Positions 48,301 to 57,449 are shown, counted from the stretch's first letter. The stretch: DNA of 64,000 bases from Thalassobaculaceae bacterium (GCA_965228875.1 OZ245843.1:62001-126000), one strand, 5' to 3'. Notes: a model not told the origin generated them from the letters alone. Numbers and translations are program-made.

Positions 48301-48713
48301 GCAACCGGCACGACACCCAGGGCGACCGTCGGACCGATCAGGCGGCCGGCGATGGCCGACCGCGCGGACGCGGGCGGACCGCCGGCGACGGGCGCGCCGA
48401 GGATGGTCAGAACCGGCAAGGCCGGAACAAGGGCGACCAAGGTCAGGGCGGCGAGAAGCACGGGAACCAGAGACAGGGGGGCCAGAGACAGGGTGGCCAA
48501 CCGGTCCATGCCCGCGCCGGCGATGGCGATGGGCAGCGTCCGGACCGGCGGCGCGGCAAGGGGCCGAAACGCCGCGACGGGGACCGGCGTCCGCGCGACG
48601 ACCGGCCCCGCGTGCACACCGCGGAGCCCGAGCGCAAGGGCGAGATCGATCCGGACTCGCCGTTCGCCGCGCTCGCCGGACTGCGCGACGCCCTCCGCAA
48701 GAAGGACGGATGA
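45318..48713 (+). CDS. SUV3/MgpS-like SF2 helicase with long disordered C-terminus
   Basis: GPTNTGKT, PLRLLARE, VDEVQ, ATDAIGMGLN, QIAGRAGR; terminal DPDSPFAALAGL. Confidence 0.9.
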   Translation: MVLASPAASVTAVLGPTNTGKTHLAIERMLAHRDGVIGFPLRLLARENYDKIVARKGRRAVALVTGEEKIIPPDAKYFVCTVESMPLDRAFEFLAVDEVQLAGDPERGHVFTDRLMHARGLDETMLLGAETIRPLLRRLVPDARFETRTRLSKLSYSGLCKMTRLPRRSAVVAFSAADVYAIAEVVRRQRGGAAVVMGALSPRTRNAQVQMYQEGDVDYLIATDAIGMGLNMDIDHVFFAADRKFDGRFPRRLRPAELAQIAGRAGRHMNDGSFGVTGTCPPLDDEAVVAIESHSFDPLKQLGWRNTRLDFSTIRDLKRSLETWPEHDFLSRKRDGDDQEALDALSRMEDVVARASAPARIRLLWDVCQIPDFQKHLTESHARLLAQVYLYLTDAEEKLPSDWVDGQMSRFDRTEGDIDTLMGRIAHIRTWTYITHRGDWIDDAGHWQSRARAIEDRLSDALHQQLTLRFVDRRSATLSRKLKGGKEEILAGVSGDGTVTVEGHRVGHLEGFAFVPDATNSEEAKQVMTAARRVLPEEIARRVSRLAADLDEVFRLDSHGVFFWRGHPVADLVAGDVAWRPDVRVRESDLLEPPQRERVQKRLRTWTEAHLEAGIPHLLQLARSDLSGPVRGIVFQVLEGLGNAPAEGLRALVKELDDQGRKDLARVGIRLGTENLYIPQLLKPKAVALRGLLWSVARGRFPEEGPPPEGRVQVVRRDETPKDYDLALGYQRLGGRAIRIDMVERIAALIRQAARNGPFAINPDMLSLAGVDHETFAAILGDLGYRKVGERPAEPTQSEAAKAAPAETEATAAAPAEAEAEAGAAVGSMADPGSTETPPVEAAAEDAAPVDTVSVDAAPDEARSDTSQTAEAERSDDVAVSEVSEAADDADQVPDAVAIEAEAPAAESPGPDSPAVERPASEAPTAETPVAETAAAGPSETQPSDVDATAESSEVVDGEAAAGDPDAGDEAPVVMVPLFARRRREDGRRPNRNRGNRHDTQGDRRTDQAAGDGRPRGRGRTAGDGRAEDGQNRQGRNKGDQGQGGEKHGNQRQGGQRQGGQPVHARAGDGDGQRPDRRRGKGPKRRDGDRRPRDDRPRVHTAEPERKGEIDPDSPFAALAGLRDALRKKDG

Positions 48714-49144
48714 AGCCCGGCGCCGACCCCGCATCCGCCGATACCGACACCCAGCGCCTCGACAAATGGCTCTGGTGCGCCCGCTTCTTCAAGTCGCGGA
48801 GCCTTGCCAACGCCATGCTCGCCGCCGGCCGTCTGCGGCTCGACGGCTCCGTCGTGAGCAAGGCCCATCAGAAGGTCAGGGTCGGCGCGGTCCTGACCTT
48901 TCCCCAGGGTCCGCACGTCCGGGTGGTTCGGGTGCTGTCGCTGGCCCGGCGCCGCGGCCCCGCGCCTGAGGCCCAGGGCCTGTACGAGGATCTGGCGCCG
49001 GTGCCGGTGCGTCGGCCCGAAGCCGTCGACCCGGACCGCTTCGCCGCTGGTGGACCGGCCCGGGAGAAGGGGGCGGGGCGGCCGACGAAGCGCGAGCGCC
49101 GGGCCCTCGATCGGCTGTTGGACGATGACGGACCGCACGGGTAG
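48710..49144 (+). CDS. hslR: S4-domain RNA-binding protein (Hsp15-like)
   Basis: RLDKWLWCARFFKSRSLA, GAGRPTKRERR; ATGA overlap. Confidence 0.9.
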   Translation: MKPGADPASADTDTQRLDKWLWCARFFKSRSLANAMLAAGRLRLDGSVVSKAHQKVRVGAVLTFPQGPHVRVVRVLSLARRRGPAPEAQGLYEDLAPVPVRRPEAVDPDRFAAGGPAREKGAGRPTKRERRALDRLLDDDGPHG

Positions 49145-49176
49145 CCTGCGACGGTCCATCGCCAGCGGAGGCATCC

Positions 49177-50346
49177 ATGACCATCGACGTCGCGCGCGCC
49201 CGGGCCGAGACCCGAGGCTGCGAGAGCATCGTGCATCTGAATCACGCCGGGTCGTCGCTGATGCCGGTTCCGGTCGCCGATGCCCTGATCGGCTGGCAGC
49301 GTGAGGAGGAATTCCGCGGCGGCTACGAGACCGCGGACCGGCACCGCGACCTCCTCGAGAACTTCTATGACGCCACGGCACGGCTGCTGAACTGTACCCG
49401 CGACGAGGTGGCCTTCGTCGAGAACGCGACCCGGGCCTGGGACATGGCGTTTTATGCCCTGGATCTCGGTCCCGGGGATCGCATCCTGACCACCGAGTCG
49501 GAGTACGGTTCGAACATGATCGCCTATCTGCACCGCGCCAGACGAACCGGGTGCGAGGTGGCGATCGTTCCGAGCGATGCCCATGGCCGGATCGATGTCG
49601 ATGCCCTCGACGGCATGGTCGACGGGCGCGTCAGGCTGATCTCCATCAGCCACGTACCGACCGGGGGTGGCCTGGTGAACCCGGCGGAGGCGGTCGGCGC
49701 CGTTGCCCGCAAACACGGCGTGCCCTACCTGCTCGATGCCTGTCAGTCGGCCGGTCAGGTTCCGCTTGATGTTGCGGCGATCGGTTGCGACTTCCTGTCG
49801 GCGACCGGGCGCAAGTACCTGCGCGGCCCGCGCGGCACCGGTTTCCTCTATGTGCGCGGCGATTGGATTGAGAGGCTCGATCCGCCGCTGCTCGATCAGC
49901 ACGCCGCCGAACTGGTCAACGAGCGTGAGTACGTCGTGCGGCCGGACGCCCGCCGGTTCGAGAACTGGGAGTGCCACTTCGCCGGCAAGGCGGCACTGGG
50001 CGTGGCGATCGACTACGCGCTTGCGTGGGGGGTCGAGGCGATCCGCGACCGCGTCCAGCCGCTGGCCGGTTATCTGCGCGACCGGCTGACGGCGGTCGAC
50101 GGGGTCGAGGTGCTGGACCAGGGGGTGGAGAAGTGCGGGATCGTGACGTTCCGCAAGGCCGGTGACGATCCGGAGGCGATCAAGGCCCGCCTGAAAGCCG
50201 ACGGAATCCACGTGAGCGTGGCGGGCGATAGCGGCGCCCGGGTCGGATACGACCGACGCGGCATCGATACGGCCGTCCGTGCGAGCGTCCACTACATCAC
50301 GCTGGAGGCGGAGGTCGACCGACTGGTCGCCGCGATCGCCGGCTGA
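49177..50346 (+). CDS. Class V PLP-dependent enzyme
   Basis: HLNHAG, LLDACQS, SATGRKYLRGPRG, VRASVHY. Confidence 0.9.
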   Translation: MTIDVARARAETRGCESIVHLNHAGSSLMPVPVADALIGWQREEEFRGGYETADRHRDLLENFYDATARLLNCTRDEVAFVENATRAWDMAFYALDLGPGDRILTTESEYGSNMIAYLHRARRTGCEVAIVPSDAHGRIDVDALDGMVDGRVRLISISHVPTGGGLVNPAEAVGAVARKHGVPYLLDACQSAGQVPLDVAAIGCDFLSATGRKYLRGPRGTGFLYVRGDWIERLDPPLLDQHAAELVNEREYVVRPDARRFENWECHFAGKAALGVAIDYALAWGVEAIRDRVQPLAGYLRDRLTAVDGVEVLDQGVEKCGIVTFRKAGDDPEAIKARLKADGIHVSVAGDSGARVGYDRRGIDTAVRASVHYITLEAEVDRLVAAIAG

Positions 50347-50365
50347 CGCCCTCCGGTCGCGACGA

Positions 50366-51064
50366 TCAGCGGCGCAGCACGACGGCGAGGTTGTTCGCCG
50401 GCAGGGCGTGGACCGCCGCCAGGGACAATCCGGCGGATGCGGCGGCGGGGACGACCTCGCGTTCCAGATCGCGGATCCCCCAGTTCGGGTCCCGGCTCCG
50501 GAGGTCGGCATCGAAGGCGGCGTTGCCGGGACCGGTGTGGTTGCCGTCGCGGTGGAACGGGCCGTACAGGATCAAGGGCGCGCCGGGCATGAGCCAACGG
50601 GCCGCGCCGGCGAAGAGGCCGCAGGCGACCTGCCAGGGCGCGATGTGGATGACGTTGACGCAAAGCATTGCGGCGAACGGAGCCAGATCGGCCACGGGCC
50701 AGTCTTCGGCCGGGTTAGCCGCGTCGAGGCGTCGCGGTGGCAGCGGTCGCGCGGAAGCGGGGCCGTCCGGCGAGAGGGCCCGCCAGGCCCGAATGCTGTC
50801 CATCCGGGCCGTATCGGTCTCCGTCGGGAGCCAGACCCGCGGCGCCAGTGCGGCGGCGAAGGCCACGGCGTGCTGTCCGGTGCCGCTGCCGACCTCGAGG
50901 ATGGGGCCGCCCACGCCGGCGATCTCGGCTGACAGGACGGTGCGCAGCGGCGCGGCGTTACGCCGGGCGGCGGGCGCGTCCATGCCGCCGGCGGGCGGCG
51001 ACGCCGCGATCAACGCGTCGAAAGCGTCGCTATGGGGGGACGGGTCGGGGGCTGACGGATCCAT
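50366..51064 (-). CDS. DUF938-like SAM-dependent methyltransferase
   Basis: PAARRN, LEVGSGTGQH, NVIHIAPW, LYGPF, WGIRD, PANN. Confidence 0.88.
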   Translation of the reverse strand: MDPSAPDPSPHSDAFDALIAASPPAGGMDAPAARRNAAPLRTVLSAEIAGVGGPILEVGSGTGQHAVAFAAALAPRVWLPTETDTARMDSIRAWRALSPDGPASARPLPPRRLDAANPAEDWPVADLAPFAAMLCVNVIHIAPWQVACGLFAGAARWLMPGAPLILYGPFHRDGNHTGPGNAAFDADLRSRDPNWGIRDLEREVVPAAASAGLSLAAVHALPANNLAVVLRR

Positions 51065-51157
51065 GATCGGCGCTTATGTACTCTGCCATCGGACCCGCTG
51101 CCAAGTGACGCGGCGGCGCGGCCCGGTTGATGTCCACGAACCGGAACGGGATCGAAC

Positions 51158-51625
51158 ATGCTTGCGCGATTGAAGGCCTTCATGAACCGGCTGGAGGCCG
51201 GCGGCGCCCCCAGCGCCGCGCCCACGGACGAACTGGCGACCACCGTGGCGGTTCTGCTCGCGCGGGCGGCGACGCTGGACGGGTCCTTCGACGCCGATGA
51301 GCGCGCCGTGGTGGCCGACCGGCTGTGCGGCCGCTTCGGCGTCCCGCGGGAGGACGTCGAGCAGACCCTGGACGAGGCCGCGCGCGCGGCGGACGAGATG
51401 GTCGACCTCTACGGCCTGATCCGCACGGTGAAGGAGCGCCTCGACGAGTCGGGCCGGATCGAGCTCATGGAGGCGCTCTGGGAAGTCGCCTATGCCGACG
51501 GCGAGCTGCACGACTACGAAGCCCAGCTGATGAGGCGCCTGGCCGGGTTGCTCTATGTCTCGGATCGGGAGAGCGGCGAGGCCCGCAAGCGCGCGCTCGC
51601 CAAGCTCGGTCTTGATGTGGGCTGA
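51158..51625 (+). CDS. TerB-family protein
   Basis: [24 protein letters not shown]. Confidence 0.88.
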   Translation: MLARLKAFMNRLEAGGAPSAAPTDELATTVAVLLARAATLDGSFDADERAVVADRLCGRFGVPREDVEQTLDEAARAADEMVDLYGLIRTVKERLDESGRIELMEALWEVAYADGELHDYEAQLMRRLAGLLYVSDRESGEARKRALAKLGLDVG

Positions 51626-51669
51626 CAGGCTACGCTAAAGAGCGTCGTCAACGCGCGCCGGAGACCTGC

Positions 51670-52008
51670 ATGACCTACGTCGTCAACGAGAAGTGCATCA
51701 AGTGCAAGTACACTGACTGCGTCGAGGTTTGCCCCGTGGATTGCTTCTACGAGGGCGAGAACATGCTGGTCATCCATCCTGACGAGTGCATCGACTGCGG
51801 CGTGTGCGAGCCCGAGTGCCCGCCGGAAGCGATCCTGCCGGACACCGAGCCGGACGCGGAGAAATGGCTGGCGCTCAACGCCGAGTATGCGGATGTCTGG
51901 CCCAACATCACGCGCAAGGTCGATCCGATGCCCGACGCCGACAAGCTGCAGGCCGAGGCGGGAAAGTACGAGAAGTACTTTTCGGCCAACCCGGGCGATG
52001 GGAGTTGA
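51670..52008 (+). CDS. fdxA: 7Fe ferredoxin
   Basis: [30 protein letters not shown]. Confidence 0.97.
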   Translation: MTYVVNEKCIKCKYTDCVEVCPVDCFYEGENMLVIHPDECIDCGVCEPECPPEAILPDTEPDAEKWLALNAEYADVWPNITRKVDPMPDADKLQAEAGKYEKYFSANPGDGS

Positions 52009-52385
52009 TCGACCAAGGCTTCGGTCACGATTTTCGCGTCCGGCCTTAAGACTCTCGTCACAAATATCTGATTAAAAGGCATCGTCCGCTATACTGGCGG
52101 TCCGCGTCTTCGATTACCCGTCACCGCTACCATTCGGCCCGATTTTGTGGTATGGTTCACACCATCGCGCCGGCTGTAGAGCCTATTGGGCCGACGCTTC
52201 CCCGCAAAACGTGGGACCATCGACGAAACGACCGAATGTTTCGACCGTTTTCGTGTTGACCGGACGCCGATCGGCATCTTGGGGAGACCGGTGAGCAGGA
52301 ACGGCACGCTCGAAGTGTCGGTTCCTCGACGTTACGGGATGGTGGTCGAGAGGGCGGAATGGCAGAGGACGTGGAAAATTCACCC

Positions 52386-52883
52386 ATGACGAAAAAGAAC
52401 GAGTTCAACACTGGTGACTTTGTCGTGTATCCGACGCACGGCGTGGGGCTGATCAAGGGCACGGAAACCCAGACCATCGCCGGAACTGAGCTGGAACTCC
52501 TGGTCATCGACTTCGAGCAGGATCGGATGACGCTGCGCATCCCGCTCACCAAGGCGAAGACCAGCGGCTTGCGCCGCCTCAGCAGCCGCAAGCAGATGGA
52601 CGCCGCGATCGCCAAGCTGAAGGGCCGGGCCCGCGTGCGCCGCACCATGTGGAGCCGCCGCGCGCAGGAGTATGAGGCGAAGATCAACTCCGGCGATCCC
52701 GTGTCGATCGCCGAGGTCGTTCGCGACCTCCGGCGCTCGAGCAACCAGGCGGAGCAGTCCTACAGCGAGCGGCAGATGTACCAGGCGGCGATCGACCGGC
52801 TGGCGCGCGAATTCGCCAAGATCGAGAAGATCGACGAAGAGGCCGCCATCGACCGCCTCGAGAAGCTGATGGACGCCGCCTGA
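52386..52883 (+). CDS. carD: CarD/CdnL transcription factor
   Basis: GDFVVYPTHGVG, MWSRRAQEYEAKINSGD, QSYSER. Confidence 0.96.
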   Translation: MTKKNEFNTGDFVVYPTHGVGLIKGTETQTIAGTELELLVIDFEQDRMTLRIPLTKAKTSGLRRLSSRKQMDAAIAKLKGRARVRRTMWSRRAQEYEAKINSGDPVSIAEVVRDLRRSSNQAEQSYSERQMYQAAIDRLAREFAKIEKIDEEAAIDRLEKLMDAA

Positions 52884-52919
52884 CCGCCGTTGCACGGCGC
52901 GAATCGACACGTTCTGCAA

Positions 52920-52941
52920 CGGGCGGCCGTCGGGCCGCCCG
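52920..52941 (+). terminator. GC hairpin downstream of carD
   Basis: CGGGCGGCC-GTCG-GGCCGCCCG; no clear U-tract. Confidence 0.4.
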
Positions 52942-53139
52942 AATTGCGTTCCGGCAGCGGGCGCCGGTTTCGACTGGGCCCGAGCCGCACAAACCCCGCT
53001 ATCTCCTGCACTTAGCGAAAAATCGACGGATCGTTTCCGGTGGTGGAACGCGAAGCGGACCGGCGTCACGTTGACGTGGGAATCGGAACTGGTATTGGAA
53101 TCGGATGACTCGTTTCACCGAGCGCGAGGCCAGCCGGCC

Positions 53140-53997
53140 GTGACCCCGACCCCTTCCGTCGCTTCCGATCGCCATGTCGACCTGTCCGGCGCGCGGCGCA
53201 TCTGGGCCGTCGGCGCGATCTTCGGCGAGGTCGACCTGCTCTGCGACCTGCATGACGCCATCTCCGCCCGGTTCGAGCCGGGCGACCGTATCGTCTATCT
53301 CGGCAACGTGCTCGGCGGCGGCGACGTCCGGGCCACGCTGGGCGAGTTGATGCGGTTTCGCGCGCTGGTGCTCGCCCAACCGCCGCTCTACATGCCGGAA
53401 GACATCGTCGTGCTGCGCGGCGCCCAGGAGGAGATGTGGCACAAGCTGCTTCAGATCCACTTCGCGCCGAAGCCCGCCGAACTGCTGAACTGGATGCTGC
53501 AGCGCGGCATCGGCGCCACCCTTGCCGCCTATGGCGGTGACGCCGGCCAGGGCTTCGCCGCCGCCGAGGAGGGCATGGTCGCCCTGACGCGGTGGACCGG
53601 GAGGCTCAAGGCCGCGGTCCTCGCCAGCCCGGGCCACCAGGCCTGGTTCAGCCAGATCAGGCGCTTCGCGCACAGTGGCGGCGACGGCAACCTGTTCGTC
53701 AACACCGGCATCGATCCGACCCGCTCCCTATACGACCAGCGCGATGCTTTCTGGTGGGGACCGTCCGGGTTCGACCGGGTGAGCGCGACCGGTTTCGAGG
53801 GATTTGCCCGGCTGGTCCGGGGCTACGACCCGGCGGGTCGGGGCGCGGCGGCGACCGACCGCAGCCTGACCGTGGATTCCGGCTGTGGCCGTGGCGGTGG
53901 CCTGAGCGCCGCCTGTCTCGCAACGGACGGTCGGCTGCTGGACTGGGTCGAGGCCGCCCGCGGAGACACGGTCGTCCCGATGCGCGCCGCGCTCTGA
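53140..53997 (+). CDS. Calcineurin-like phosphoesterase fold protein lacking metal ligands
   Basis: Motif order IWAVGAIFG / YLGNVLG / LRGAQE / FVNTG / VRGYD / VDSG; start uncertain. Confidence 0.75.
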   Translation: MTPTPSVASDRHVDLSGARRIWAVGAIFGEVDLLCDLHDAISARFEPGDRIVYLGNVLGGGDVRATLGELMRFRALVLAQPPLYMPEDIVVLRGAQEEMWHKLLQIHFAPKPAELLNWMLQRGIGATLAAYGGDAGQGFAAAEEGMVALTRWTGRLKAAVLASPGHQAWFSQIRRFAHSGGDGNLFVNTGIDPTRSLYDQRDAFWWGPSGFDRVSATGFEGFARLVRGYDPAGRGAAATDRSLTVDSGCGRGGGLSAACLATDGRLLDWVEAARGDTVVPMRAAL

Positions 53998-54091
53998 CGC
54001 CCCGCCTCGGCGCTTTCCGATCACATCTGCTTGAGACGCCGCCGCCTTTGTGCGGTGCAGCAGAATTTTCGTGTTCTTCGGCGGCCGGATG

Positions 54092-54117
54092 TGATCCGAT
54101 TTATTCACTAGAGCGTA
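54092..54117 (+). promoter_or_regulatory. RpoE(ChrR)/ECF11-type promoter of rpoH2
   Basis: TGATCC-N15-GCGTA about 70 nt upstream of the ATG. Confidence 0.75.
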
Positions 54118-54189
54118 CGAGGGCTAAAACAAACCGCTTGGCGGGTGCCATCAGAAGCTTGGTGTCCGCCAACCAGCCAGGGGGCGGAC

Positions 54190-55074
54190 ATGGCCTATAT
54201 CGACGATCCGGAAACCCAACGCGCGAACGTTGCCTTCATCAAGGCCTCGATGAAGGAACCGCTGCTTGAGCGCGACCACGAGTTCGATCTCGCGCGGCGA
54301 TGGCGGGAAAACGGCGACGAACGGGCGCTGCACGAGCTCGTTCGCTCCTACACCCGCCTGGTCGTGTCGACCGCCAGCAAGTTCCGCAACTACGGCCTGC
54401 CCATCGGCGATCTCGTCCAGGAGGGCAATGTCGGGCTGATGCAGGCCGCGGCCCGCTTCGAGCCGGAGCGCGAAGTCCGCTTCTCGACCTATGCCGGCTG
54501 GTGGATCCGATCGGCGATCCAGGACTACATCCTGCGCAACTGGTCCATCGTTCGCACCGGGACGACGGCGGCTCAAAAGTCGCTGTTCTTCAACCTCCGC
54601 CGTCTGCGCGCCAAGATCAGCAGCTCGGTGAACGGCCCGATGACCGACGAGGGACGGCAGTTCGTCGCCGACCAGTTGAAGGTCGACCGGCGCGATGTCG
54701 AGTCGATGGAGGCGCGTCTGTCCGGTCACGATCAGTCGCTGAATGCCCCGATCTCGGAGACCGGCGAGGACGACTGGCAGGATTTTCTCGCCGACGACCG
54801 GCCGAGCCCGGAGGAGGTTGTCACCGGCATGCGCGACGCTTCCACCCGCTCGCGCTGGCTGGCCGAGGCGCTTTCGGAGCTGTCGCCCCGCGAACGCACG
54901 ATCATCGACCAGCGCCGTCTGCGCGAAGAGGGCGCGACGCTGGAACAATTGGGCCGCGAACTTGGCGTGTCCAAGGAGCGGGTGCGCCAGCTCGAGCATC
55001 GGGCGATGATGAAGCTGCGCGACCGCCTGGTGGATCGGGTGGAGCGGACCAGCGATCTGCTGCTGGAGGCGTGA
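54190..55074 (+). CDS. rpoH: RNA polymerase sigma-32 family factor (RpoH2-like)
   Basis: DLVQEGNVGLM, RFSTYAGWWIR, RpoH box QKSLFFNLRR, GVSKERVRQLE. Confidence 0.93.
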   Translation: MAYIDDPETQRANVAFIKASMKEPLLERDHEFDLARRWRENGDERALHELVRSYTRLVVSTASKFRNYGLPIGDLVQEGNVGLMQAAARFEPEREVRFSTYAGWWIRSAIQDYILRNWSIVRTGTTAAQKSLFFNLRRLRAKISSSVNGPMTDEGRQFVADQLKVDRRDVESMEARLSGHDQSLNAPISETGEDDWQDFLADDRPSPEEVVTGMRDASTRSRWLAEALSELSPRERTIIDQRRLREEGATLEQLGRELGVSKERVRQLEHRAMMKLRDRLVDRVERTSDLLLEA

Positions 55075-55098
55075 CCGGCGCCAGGGCAGCGGTCGCGG

Positions 55099-56565
55099 CT
55101 ACTCGCTGACGATCTTTACCAGCGTTCCGGGGGCGAGCGTGTCGCCCTCGTCCAGGCCGTTCAGCACGAGGAAGCGCTGGCGCCGCTCCGGTCCTTCCGG
55201 CATGCGGTCCGCGAGGCTGGCGACGGTGTCGCCGGGCCTGACCGTGACGACCCGAAGGCGATGGGGCCGATAGGCGGCGGCCTCGGCTTCGCTCAGCAGG
55301 GTAAAGCTGTAGGTGGTGCGCCGTAACTCCTCCTCGTTGGCATCGAGGGTCGACGGCGATGCCAAGAAAACGAAGCGGTAGATCTGGGTGGCGCTGGCGC
55401 GGATGACGACGAGACGGTAGGCCAGCTTGCCCTGACGGTTCGGCACCGGCGCGGTTGCCGTCGCCGCTTCCAACCCGTTGACCTCGAACCCCTGCAGGCC
55501 CGACAGCTGGAGACGCCCGGACCAGCGGCTGTTGGTCAGGTACCGGGTCATCGACACCCCCGATGCCTCGCGGGCTCCATCGAACACCATCGCCATCTGA
55601 TCGCCGTTCCGGCCCTCGACCCGGTCCTTGGAGTTGAGCAGCGTGAAACCCGGCGGGGCGGTGAACTTGAAGCGCAGGACGGGATGAATGAAGCTGCGAT
55701 CGCGCACGAACCCCTGTGCAGGATCGTCGCCGTACAGCATTCCGTCGATGCGGCGCAGATAGGGCTCGCGCTCCACCCGACCCGGCATGAGGGCGCCGAT
55801 TGCCTGCTGTGCCTGGCGCACGCGGTCGATCGTACGGGGATGGGTGGCGAGCAGGTTGAAGGCGTTCGGATCGGCGTCGGACCCGCGCAGTCTGGCGTCC
55901 AGCTCCGTCTTGGCGCCGAGGCTGGACAGGAACCCGGCGACCGCACCGGGCTCGTAGCCGACGGCGGTCATGTACCGCAGGCCAAGGGAGTCCGCCTCGA
56001 ACTCATTGTCCCGGCTGTAGCTGCGCAGATAGAGGCCGCCCCCGAGGTTGGCCAGGTCCGAGACGGCCCGCTCGCCAGAAATGGCGCCGAGAAGGGTGGC
56101 GCCGAGCCCGATCACCACGGATCGGCTGTAGCGCTCGGCGGCGTGGCGGGCGGTGACGTGACCGATCTCGTGCCCGATCACCCCGGCCAGCTCGGCCTCG
56201 TTGTTGGCCAGGGTCATGAGGCCCCGGCTGATGTACACATACCCGCCGGGCAGCGCGAAGGCATTGACCACCGGGCTGTTCAGGATCGTGAAGGTGAAAT
56301 TCAGGTCGGGGCGTTCCGAAGCGGCGGCGAGCCGTGCGCCCAGTGTCGCGACATAGGCGCCGAGCTCCGGGTCGTCGTAGGCGCCGCCGAACTCCTCAAG
56401 AATCTTCGGATGCTGCTCCGCGCCGATCCTGATCTCGTCGGAGGGCGACATGAAGGCGGTGAAGCTCTGCTCGCCGGTCACGGGGCTGGTCGAGCAGCCT
56501 CCAAGCGCCAGCGCGCCGACGCAGGCGAGGGTCGAAAGAAATCGTCTGAGCCGTGAATACGTCAT
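55099..56565 (-). CDS. M48 metalloprotease lipoprotein with C-terminal LysM-like domain
   Basis: LGGC lipobox, NAFALPGG, HEIGH, EFEAD, THP, VRPGDTVASLA. Confidence 0.9.
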   Translation of the reverse strand: MTYSRLRRFLSTLACVGALALGGCSTSPVTGEQSFTAFMSPSDEIRIGAEQHPKILEEFGGAYDDPELGAYVATLGARLAAASERPDLNFTFTILNSPVVNAFALPGGYVYISRGLMTLANNEAELAGVIGHEIGHVTARHAAERYSRSVVIGLGATLLGAISGERAVSDLANLGGGLYLRSYSRDNEFEADSLGLRYMTAVGYEPGAVAGFLSSLGAKTELDARLRGSDADPNAFNLLATHPRTIDRVRQAQQAIGALMPGRVEREPYLRRIDGMLYGDDPAQGFVRDRSFIHPVLRFKFTAPPGFTLLNSKDRVEGRNGDQMAMVFDGAREASGVSMTRYLTNSRWSGRLQLSGLQGFEVNGLEAATATAPVPNRQGKLAYRLVVIRASATQIYRFVFLASPSTLDANEEELRRTTYSFTLLSEAEAAAYRPHRLRVVTVRPGDTVASLADRMPEGPERRQRFLVLNGLDEGDTLAPGTLVKIVSE

Positions 56566-56610
56566 GACCGACACCCTACCAATCATCGTGGCGACGATAG
56601 GGCAGGACGC

Positions 56611-57438
56611 TCAGTCCTCCAAGACTTCGAGCTGCGCCGGATGGGTCAGGTCGATCATCGGACCGTTGGTCGGATAGACCCATCCGCGCCCCCGTACCCG
56701 TCGACCGATCAGTGCCTCGACCTCGATACCGTCGCGCCGGAACGCGCGCCGCGCGTCGCTCTCTATCCGGAAGGTGAAGTCGTTGCGCCAGTCGAGGCCG
56801 AAGTTCAGGTAACCGGTGCCGCGCACGACCGCCGCGTCGGCCACCCGCCCTTCGACGACCTGCCAGCTGTCCAGATCGCCCCAGGTCTCGGCCGGATTGC
56901 GGATGCGATAGAAACGGTGGGCCCAGATACCGCGGCGGTTGGCGCGGGCGGTGCGTTCCAGGTCGAGCATGGTGCGGGCTCCGACAGCGGTGTGTGGCCA
57001 GGTATAGACCCGTGCCAGCCCGCGCCGGAGCAGTCGGCCCTGCAACCACTCCCCGTCTTCTGCGACGACGTGAGCCAGGGCGCGGCGCCATCTGTCGCGC
57101 CGGTCTTCGCCGTAGTGCAGGGAAACTTGTTGGCCCAGAACCGTTGCGCCCGTCTCCGCCGCCGCGTCGGTAGCGAGCGGCCAGCCGGGGCGATCGGCTC
57201 TCGCTGGCCTCGGTGCCTGCACTCCGGCCAGCCGGACGCGTAGCCCGCTGTCGAGGTCGATGGTATCGGCGGACAGGATCGCCGCCACCCGTCCGCTCTC
57301 GCCGGGTACCAGGCCACGGGGTAGCGGCGGCCCGCGATCCTGCGGCGACGGCCTCGCTACCGCCTTACCGGCCATCGACACGCCCGCCGCCGCAAGTGCG
57401 GTGCGCAGGAGGGTGCGCCGGTTCGGTCCTGCGGGCAT
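56611..57438 (-). CDS. Tat-exported thermonuclease(SNase)-fold protein with C-terminal OB-like domain
   Basis: NRRTLL signal; VRLAGVQAP, DRWRR.LAH, GLARVY, ARANRRGIW, YLNFG. Confidence 0.82.
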   Translation of the reverse strand: MPAGPNRRTLLRTALAAAGVSMAGKAVARPSPQDRGPPLPRGLVPGESGRVAAILSADTIDLDSGLRVRLAGVQAPRPARADRPGWPLATDAAAETGATVLGQQVSLHYGEDRRDRWRRALAHVVAEDGEWLQGRLLRRGLARVYTWPHTAVGARTMLDLERTARANRRGIWAHRFYRIRNPAETWGDLDSWQVVEGRVADAAVVRGTGYLNFGLDWRNDFTFRIESDARRAFRRDGIEVEALIGRRVRGRGWVYPTNGPMIDLTHPAQLEVLED

Positions 57439-57449
57439 GTCGACGACGA

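Noticed and set aside
53045..53114. EcfG/SigT promoter (GGAAC...CGTT) upstream of the pseudophosphatase
   Set aside because: Spacers are 19 and 21 nt, longer than the expected 16-17; three GANTC sites are present but uninterpretable alone
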